Assembly: GCA_965242725.1 (NCBI GenBank)
Contig: CBDESZ010000004.1
Location: forward strand, 366,195 to 430,194
DNA: 64,000 nt
Direction: 5' to 3'
Source of the DNA: Alkalispirochaeta sp.
GTDB taxonomy: Bacteria; Spirochaetota; Spirochaetia; DSM-27196; Alkalispirochaetaceae
Part shown: positions 57,582-64,000 of the stretch, one piece after another
How positions within the stretch are numbered: position 1 is the stretch's first letter
How the letters are laid out: each line of letters begins with the position of its first letter
Made by a program: the position numbers and the translations under genes
The notes under the pieces: model-generated
Databases searched by the model: none
What the model was told of the DNA's origin: nothing
The model's input: the letters and a program-made list of their open reading frames with translations, nothing else

Positions 57582-58676
57582 ATGCAAATCAAAAATATCC
57601 TGATTTTGGGCTGTGGCGGTTTTATTGGCAGCCACCTGCTGGACCGGCTTCTGGCCGACGGCGGTTTCAATATTATCGGTTGGGATTTGAGCGCCGAGAA
57701 GATTGCGAGCCAATTGGACAATCCGCGGTTTGACTTCCGGCAGAACGATGCGTTCTCCGACGAGAAACTTGACGAGCTGGAGCGGGCGGTTATCGACGCC
57801 GACGTGGTGATCTCGCTGGCGGCGATCTGCAACCCGTCGCGGTACAACACCGAGGCGATCGCGACGATCCACTCGAACTTCACCCACTTGGCGAAACTCG
57901 CCGAGGTGTGCGCCAAGCACAAACGCTGGATCATTCATGCGTCGACCAGCGAGGTTTACGGCCGGACCCTGACCAGCTACCTGCCGAACAACACCTACGA
58001 CGATCCGAAACTGTACGAGCAGATCGAGGACGAGACCCCGCTGATCATGGGGCCGATCACCAACCAGCGCTGGAGCTATGCGTGCGCCAAGCAGCTGTCG
58101 GAGCGTCTGCTGTACGCGTATCACACCGAGCACGACATGCCGATCACCATGTTCCGGCCGTACAACTTCTTCGGCCCCCGCATGGACTTCATCCCGGGGC
58201 GCAACGGCGAAGGCGTGCCGCGGGTGCTGGCGTGCTTCATCACGGCGCTGCTCGACCGGACGCCGATGCAGTTGGTCGACGGCGGCCACGCCCGCCGGGC
58301 GCTGCTGTACATCGACGACGCGGTGGACGCGCTGTACCGCATGTTGAAGATGCCGATGGCGGCGCAGAACCAGATCTTCAACCTGGGGAGCCGGCAGAAC
58401 GAGCTGTCGATCCGCGAGTTGGCGGAGATGATGCGCACGGCGTACGCCGAGGTGACCGGCGACGCGACCTACTACCAGCACCCGATCGTGGAGACCACGG
58501 GCGAGGCGTTCTACGGCGAAGGCTACGAGGATTGCGACCGGCGGGTGCCGGACGTGACCAAGGCGCGCCGCCTGCTGGGCTGGGAGCCGCAAGTCGGTCT
58601 GCAAGAGACCATCAACAACACCGTCCGTTACTTCTACAACGAGTTCGGCCGGACCGCTGTTGAAGCGGCTGAGTAG
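57582..58676 (+). CDS. UDP-D-apiose/UDP-D-xylose synthase (plant AXS-like bacterial UAS)
   Basis: GGFIGSHL, LAAICNP..YNT, QRWSYACAKQL, GPRMDFIPG, EGVPRVLACF, LVDGG, FYGEGY. Confidence 0.85.
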   Translation: MQIKNILILGCGGFIGSHLLDRLLADGGFNIIGWDLSAEKIASQLDNPRFDFRQNDAFSDEKLDELERAVIDADVVISLAAICNPSRYNTEAIATIHSNFTHLAKLAEVCAKHKRWIIHASTSEVYGRTLTSYLPNNTYDDPKLYEQIEDETPLIMGPITNQRWSYACAKQLSERLLYAYHTEHDMPITMFRPYNFFGPRMDFIPGRNGEGVPRVLACFITALLDRTPMQLVDGGHARRALLYIDDAVDALYRMLKMPMAAQNQIFNLGSRQNELSIRELAEMMRTAYAEVTGDATYYQHPIVETTGEAFYGEGYEDCDRRVPDVTKARRLLGWEPQVGLQETINNTVRYFYNEFGRTAVEAAE

Positions 58677-58714
58677 CCAGTAATCGCGGGACCGCGGTCG
58701 GACGCCCAAACGAG

Positions 58715-60283
58715 ATGTCCGACCGCGGCCGCAGCGCAAAGGATAGCAACGTGACCTTCGGGGCTGCAGGTAGCGGGCCCACGTTGGGGACCGACGTTCC
58801 GCACGCGCCGGCCCCACCCGCCATGGGCGAAGGTGCCGCGCGGTACGTCGACCGTGGCGGCCGCGTCAAACCAACCATAGATCGCGATATCGTCACCGGG
58901 CTGCTGCGGGTGTTCGACCTGTTGGCGGTGGCCGGCAGCGGCATCGGCGTGGCCTACGCGACGACGGGCATGAGCGCGGCGTGGCAGGTGCTGGCGGCGC
59001 TGCTCGCCGCCATCGTCACGGAACGGGTGCTGAGCCTGTCGGGGCTCTACACGCCGGCGGCGTTACGGCGGCTCGGCCGGGTGCCGACGGCGACCCTGGC
59101 GGCCGGGGCGGTGTTTGTCGTCGGCGCGGCGCTGGTGGTGGCGAGCGGCATCAGCATGCTGGCGATGTCCGACCTGCCGACGCTGCCGTGGGATCTGGCG
59201 TGGGGCGCGGCGGCGGCGAGTGCCGCGCTGGTGGCGCTGATCGCCGGGCGGCTGGTGCTGGCCGGGCTGATCGGGCTGTGGCAGCGGCGCGGGCTGTGGG
59301 CGGAAAAAGTGGTGATCGCCGGGCGGGAGGCCGATGCCTGGCGGGCGGCGACGGAGCTGACGGCGGAGAGCGACGGCGACGTCGCCGTGGTCGGCGTGTT
59401 CGCCGACAACATGTCGCCGCGGCTGGCCGGCCTGAGCCGGCCGGACATGGGCGAGATCGAGGTCGGCCACATCGACGAGGCGGTGCGCTTCTGCCACGCC
59501 CAGCGGGTCGACACGGTGATCATGACGGCGCCGGAAGTGGGCAGCCAGAGCACCCAAGGCTGGATGGCGCGGCTGTCGGAGCTGGCGACGCGGATCGAGG
59601 TGCTGCCGAACGCGGCCTCGCTGCCGCAGGGCACCGCGCTCGGGGCACGGCGGGTGGTGCTGCTGCCGCGGCCGCACACGGGTTGGGCGCGGGTCGCCAA
59701 GACCCTGGAGGACCGGGTGCTGGGCTCGCTGATCTTCCTGGGCATCCTGCCGATCATGATCGCGATCGGCGTCGCCATCCGGCTCGACAGCCGGGGACCG
59801 GCGCTGTTCCGGCAAGAGCGCATGGGCTACGACAACAAGCCGTTCACGGTGCTGAAGTTCCGCACCATGCGGGTCGAAACCGGGTCCGACGGGGCCAATC
59901 AAACCCGGCCGGACGATGACCGCATCACGCGGATCGGCGCGTTTCTGCGGGCGAAGAGCCTGGACGAGTTGCCGCAGTTCTGGAACGTGGTGACCGGCAG
60001 CATGTCGATCGTCGGGCCGCGGCCGCACCCGCCGGTGATGCTGACGGAAGGGCGGCGGCACGAGGACGTGGTGCCGCTGTACGGGCGGCGGCACCGGGTG
60101 AAGCCCGGGATCACCGGCTGGGCGCAGATCAGCGGCTGGCGCGGCGCGACGCACACCCAAGAGCAACTGCGCCAACGGGTGGCGCACGACCTGGCGTACA
60201 TCGACAATTGGTCGCTGTGGTGGGACCTGAAGATCATCGCCAAGACGGCGCTGACCGGGTTTTCCGACGAAGCGGCATACTGA
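58715..60283 (+). CDS. Initiating polyprenyl-phosphate glycosylphosphotransferase (WcaJ/GumD-like)
   Basis: N-terminal TM helices; FRQERMG, KFRTM, SLDELPQF.NV..G.MSIVGPRP, KPGITGWAQ, DL.YIDNWSLW.DL. Start codon uncertain. Confidence 0.9.
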   Translation: MSDRGRSAKDSNVTFGAAGSGPTLGTDVPHAPAPPAMGEGAARYVDRGGRVKPTIDRDIVTGLLRVFDLLAVAGSGIGVAYATTGMSAAWQVLAALLAAIVTERVLSLSGLYTPAALRRLGRVPTATLAAGAVFVVGAALVVASGISMLAMSDLPTLPWDLAWGAAAASAALVALIAGRLVLAGLIGLWQRRGLWAEKVVIAGREADAWRAATELTAESDGDVAVVGVFADNMSPRLAGLSRPDMGEIEVGHIDEAVRFCHAQRVDTVIMTAPEVGSQSTQGWMARLSELATRIEVLPNAASLPQGTALGARRVVLLPRPHTGWARVAKTLEDRVLGSLIFLGILPIMIAIGVAIRLDSRGPALFRQERMGYDNKPFTVLKFRTMRVETGSDGANQTRPDDDRITRIGAFLRAKSLDELPQFWNVVTGSMSIVGPRPHPPVMLTEGRRHEDVVPLYGRRHRVKPGITGWAQISGWRGATHTQEQLRQRVAHDLAYIDNWSLWWDLKIIAKTALTGFSDEAAY

Positions 60284-61464
60284 TGACCCCGGCAACGCGC
60301 AACGTCTTGATCGTCTACGAGATGGTCAAGCACTACCGCGCGCCGTTCTACGAGGCGTTGCATGACCGCCTGCTGGCGCGGGGGGTGAAGCTGCGGGTGG
60401 CCTACGGCAAGCCGCGGGGCAGCCACGCGAAGATGCGCGACCTGGTGCGGCTGCGCGACGACATCGAGCTGGTGGTGCCGGCGCGGTGGTTCCTGCGCGA
60501 CAAGCTTGTCTACATGGGGATAGGCCGGGCGGTGGCGCAAGCCGACCTGGTGATCGTCGAGCAGGCGGTGAAGTACGTGTGGAACGTGCCGCTGGTGCTG
60601 GGCTCGATGCTCGGGCTGGTGCGCCTCGGGCAATGGGGGCACGGCTGGAACCGGGTCAAAGGCACCGGGCCCGTCGAATGGCTGAAGCGTAAGGCGATCC
60701 GGCACTGCGACTGGTGGTTCGCCTACACCCAAGGCACGGCGGATTATGTGATCAAACACGGGATGCCGGCGGACCGGGTGACGGTGACGTGGAACGCGCT
60801 GGACATGGCGCCGCTACAAAACGCGATCGACGGCACCACGGATGCCGACCTGGCGGCGCTGCGGACGGCACACGGCATCCCGGGCGACGCCAAGGTCGGG
60901 ATCTACGCCGGCGGGTTGTACGACCTGAAGCGGCTGCCCGACCTGCTGGACGCCGCCGAGGCGGTGAAGGCGCGGGTGCCCGACTTCCACCTGCTGATCT
61001 TGGGCGACGGCCCGGAAGGCGACATGGTGCGGGCGCGGGCGGCGGCGACCGACTGGATACACACGCTGGGGCCGACGTTCGGCGCCGCCAAGGCGCACTG
61101 CCTGCGGCTGGCCGACGTGTTCCTGTGCCCCGGGGTGATGGGGCTGGCGGTGCTCGACGCGTTCGCCGGGGCGATGCCGATCCTGACCATGGACATCGTC
61201 GGGCACGGGCCGGAAGAAGAGTACCTGGAGCACGGCGTCAACGGGTTGCGGACGGCGGCCAGCGCGGCGGCCTTCGGGACGGCGACGGCGGATCTGCTGA
61301 ACGACGCGGAGCGGCTGGCGGCGATGAAGGCGGCGGCGGCCGAGGCGGCCGGGACCTACACCCTGGACCGGATGGTCAGCGCCTTCGAGGATGGGATCCT
61401 GAAGGCGCTGGGCGAGGTACCGGCCGAAGCCTCCCCGGCGACGCCGGCGCCGGCCAACGCCTAG
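60283..61464 (+). CDS. GT4 glycosyltransferase
   Basis: HYR.PF, WGHG, K.L..L, GDGP, GLAVLDAF, GPE.EY. Confidence 0.85.
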   Translation: MTPATRNVLIVYEMVKHYRAPFYEALHDRLLARGVKLRVAYGKPRGSHAKMRDLVRLRDDIELVVPARWFLRDKLVYMGIGRAVAQADLVIVEQAVKYVWNVPLVLGSMLGLVRLGQWGHGWNRVKGTGPVEWLKRKAIRHCDWWFAYTQGTADYVIKHGMPADRVTVTWNALDMAPLQNAIDGTTDADLAALRTAHGIPGDAKVGIYAGGLYDLKRLPDLLDAAEAVKARVPDFHLLILGDGPEGDMVRARAAATDWIHTLGPTFGAAKAHCLRLADVFLCPGVMGLAVLDAFAGAMPILTMDIVGHGPEEEYLEHGVNGLRTAASAAAFGTATADLLNDAERLAAMKAAAAEAAGTYTLDRMVSAFEDGILKALGEVPAEASPATPAPANA

Positions 61465-61494
61465 GCGTCCCTCTTAACCCGTTATAAAACCACA

Positions 61495-61528
61495 AAAAAC
61501 CCGCCGCGGCGACGCGGCGGGTTTTGTT
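61495..61528. terminator. Bidirectional intrinsic terminator
   Basis: AAAAACCCGCCGCG-GCGA-CGCGGCGGGTTTT between the convergent GT4 and ugd genes. Confidence 0.85.
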
Positions 61529-61547
61529 CGATGGGCTGTAGCGGGCC

Positions 61548-62894
61548 CTACTCGGCGACGTCGATTTGCTCGGTCCAGCGCGGGATCCAGGCGCGGCCGA
61601 CGCTGACGTAGTCGATGCCGGCGGCGGCCATGTCGGCCGGGTCGTAGAGGTTGCGCAGGTCAACGACCTGGGGTTCACGGAGCAGCGCCTTCATGCGGGT
61701 GATGTCGAGGCGCTTGAACTCGTCCCATTCGGTGACGATGACCGCGACATTGGCGCGGGCGACGGCGCTGTAGGGGTCGTCGACCCACTCGACGCCCTGG
61801 GTCAGGGCAGCGGCCTGTTGCATGGCCTCGGGGTCGTAAGCGCGGACGTGGACACCGGCGGCCTGGAGGCCGGCGATGATGTCGAGGGCCGGGGACTCGC
61901 GCATGTCGTCGGTGTTGGCCTTAAAGGCGACGCCGAGGAGGGCGGCGGTGGCACCGACGGTGTTGCGGCCGAGCATGCCGAGGACCTTTTCGGTCATCTC
62001 GCGCTTGCGAGCGTCGTTGGCGTCGATGGCGGCCTCGGTAATGCGCAGGGTCTTGCCGTTGGCGCGGGCGATGTTGCGCAGGGCACGGGTGTCCTTGGGG
62101 AAGCAGGAACCGCCGTAGCCGGGCCCGGGATTGAGGAATTGCGGACCGATCCGGCTGTCGAGGCCCATGCCGGCGGCGACGTCGGAGATATCGGCGCCGA
62201 CCATCTCGGCGAGGTCGGCGACCTCGTTAATGAAGCTGATCTTGGTCGCCAGGAAGCTGTTGGCGGCGTACTTGATGAGCTCGGCGGTGTCGATATTGGT
62301 AAACAGGGTGCTGGCGCCGCGCTCGGCCAACGGGCGGTAGAGGATGCGCATGAGGCGGCGGGCGCGGCGATCGGCGGTGCCGATGACGACGCGGTCGGGG
62401 TTCAGGAAATCGCCGACGGCGCTGCCCTCGCGGAGGAACTCGGGGTTGGAGACGACCGCGAAATCGAGGTCGGGGCGGAGCTGGCGGATGCGCTTTTCGG
62501 TGGCGCGGCCGGTGCCGACGGGCACGGTCGACTTGTTAACCACGACGGTGAAGCCCCGGAAATGGGGGACGGCGTCCTCCAGGGCGGCGAACAGCTGGCT
62601 GAGGTCGGCGTCGCCGTCTTCGTCCTTGGAGGGGGTGCCGACGGCCATGAACACGGCGTCGGCGTTGCTGACGGCGGCGGCCATGTCATCGGTGAAGGTG
62701 AGGCGGCCGGCGGCGACGTTGGCGACGACGAGGTCGGAGAGGCCGGGCTCAAAAATCGGGATCTGTCCGTCGGTCAGAGCGGCGATCTTGGACGTGTCCT
62801 TGTCCATGCAGGTCACGGACCAGCCCAACTCCGCAAAACACGTGCCCGCAACCAGGCCTACATAGCCCGTACCAATAACTGCTACCCGCGTCAC
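61548..62894 (-). CDS. ugd: UDP-glucose 6-dehydrogenase
   Basis: GTGYVG, KSTVPVG, NPEFLREG, KYAAN.FLATKISFIN, GYGGSCFPKD, AFK.NTDDMRE. Confidence 0.95.
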   Translation of the reverse strand: MTRVAVIGTGYVGLVAGTCFAELGWSVTCMDKDTSKIAALTDGQIPIFEPGLSDLVVANVAAGRLTFTDDMAAAVSNADAVFMAVGTPSKDEDGDADLSQLFAALEDAVPHFRGFTVVVNKSTVPVGTGRATEKRIRQLRPDLDFAVVSNPEFLREGSAVGDFLNPDRVVIGTADRRARRLMRILYRPLAERGASTLFTNIDTAELIKYAANSFLATKISFINEVADLAEMVGADISDVAAGMGLDSRIGPQFLNPGPGYGGSCFPKDTRALRNIARANGKTLRITEAAIDANDARKREMTEKVLGMLGRNTVGATAALLGVAFKANTDDMRESPALDIIAGLQAAGVHVRAYDPEAMQQAAALTQGVEWVDDPYSAVARANVAVIVTEWDEFKRLDITRMKALLREPQVVDLRNLYDPADMAAAGIDYVSVGRAWIPRWTEQIDVAE

Positions 62895-63424
62895 TGCCGC
62901 CTCTCTTACTTACAAAAATGCGCCTGAAAAAATCGCCAATGGTGGTGCCGCACCGAGCCGGGTCCACGTTGTGGGAGGGACCAAGCTCTTGGGGGTATCG
63001 AAAGCCCAAAACGGAACGGTGTCCACCGCAAGGAAGCGGTACCTCGAAGGCTCGTAAGTCCTTCTGCCGACAGGGGTAAATTGGGGGTCAGAATTGGGGG
63101 TGGTGCCCCCCGTTCGACATGTCGGCCGTCGCTAAGCCGCGGATTCGCGGGGTTTCCGAAGGCCGCCCGCGAGGGTCGAACGCGCCGCGCTAACGCGGCG
63201 AGATAGGGAACCACACGACCGGCATCGGCGAAATCCGAAAACGCCGGGGGCGTGGCGAATCGGGAACGGTGTGTCCCTTCGATCACACAAGTCCGGCGAT
63301 TGCCCGGCGGGGGGCCGGCGGGGCCGAGATGGGTGGCGCAAACGGGTGGGTGGGTTTGGGTGATTTGGCAGGCGCGGCGGGAATTGATAAAGCAGCGGGA
63401 CGACCTTGAGCGGGGGCCGCTGTT

Positions 63425-64000
63425 GTGAAAGTCGTCATTACCGGTGGCAGCGACGGTCTGGGCGCAGCGTTGGCCGGGCTGATGGCCGATGCCGGCCATG
63501 ACGTGCTGGCGATCGGACGGCGGCCGGACGGCGGCGGCCGGGTGCCGTACGTGCAGGCGGACCTTACGACCAAAGAAGGACTCGAACGGGCGTGCGTGGC
63601 GGTCGCCGGATGGCCGCGGATCGACCGGCTGGTTCACAATGCCGCGACCGGGCAGGTCGCCGACATCGCCGACCACACGACGGGCGATATCGACGGCCAG
63701 ATCGCGCTGAACCTGGTGGCGCCGATGGCGCTGACGCATGCGCTGATGGCGCAGGTGGCGGCGGCGCGAGGCCAGGTGGTGTTCGTCAGCTCGACGGCGG
63801 TGCGGCGGCGGCGGCCGGCGTTTCCGGTCTATACGGCGAGCAAGGCGGCGATCGAGGCATTCGCGCGCAACCTGCGGACGGAGGCCAAGGGACAGATCGA
63901 CGTGGTGGTGCATCGGCCGGGGCCGATGCGGACCGGGTTTCACGCGCGGGCGGGGTTGCCGCCGGGGCCGCTGCACCGGCTGTTCACGCCGCCGCGGCGG
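63425..64000 (+). CDS. SDR oxidoreductase (3'-truncated; absent from the ORF track)
   Basis: Translated by hand from GTG 63425: MKVVITGGSDGLG...HNAA...YTASK...RPGPMRT; open to the window end. Confidence 0.85.
   Translation, partial: MKVVITGGSDGLGAALAGLMADAGHDVLAIGRRPDGGGRVPYVQADLTTKEGLERACVAVAGWPRIDRLVHNAATGQVADIADHTTGDIDGQIALNLVAPMALTHALMAQVAAARGQVVFVSSTAVRRRRPAFPVYTASKAAIEAFARNLRTEAKGQIDVVVHRPGPMRTGFHARAGLPPGPLHRLFTPPRR

Noticed and set aside
57582..58676. ArnA (polymyxin resistance) decarboxylase
   Set aside because: No formyltransferase domain, no arnB or arnD nearby; motifs (AAIC, WSYACAK, VPRVLACF) match AXS rather than ArnA
37707..62894. Recently acquired genomic island
   Set aside because: No integrase, tRNA, IS or flanking direct repeats; codon style mostly matches the rest of the window
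62906..63976. 356-aa minus-strand ORF
   Set aside because: Low-complexity Arg/Pro translation antisense to a clear + strand SDR starting at 63425

Overview
High-GC, gene-dense bacterial chromosomal segment, probably alphaproteobacterial (inferred from gene content). There is no rRNA, tRNA, CRISPR or IS element. From left to right: (1) 1-11026 is a cox/xanthine-oxidase-family molybdoenzyme cluster (coxG-coxS-coxM ... coxD-coxE-xdhC-xdhC-mocA) with no large subunit between coxS and coxM, interrupted by a ydbH-ynbE-ydbL envelope module. (2) 11-23 kb holds mixed genes, including an orphan flgC-like gene, a membrane/2Fe-2S adenylate cyclase and a CDGSH-ferredoxin-CDGSH-Rieske-ThDP enzyme fusion. 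(3) 23-29 kb is a sugar-acid catabolic operon (SDR, dgoK, dgoA, glycerate kinase, GST, aldehyde dehydrogenase). (4) 29-33.5 kb encodes an amidase and a 1029-aa SEL1 protein. (5) 33.5-37.7 kb is an ftsH-paralog module bracketed by two perfect FNR/FixK-type boxes, the second apparently driving a non-coding RNA. (6) 37.7-63 kb is a ~25-kb Wzx/Wzy exopolysaccharide locus encoding a plant-type UDP-apiose/UDP-xylose synthase, a plant-type GDP-mannose 3,5-epimerase, ugd, manC and a polyprenyl-phosphate sugar-transfer trio (GT2, small flippase, GT-C). This is the best candidate for an undescribed system: a bacterial apiose-containing surface glycan pathway. Two single-base frameshifts (~4058, ~18371) may be assembly errors. 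All protein calls come from motif recognition by eye; no database search was run.
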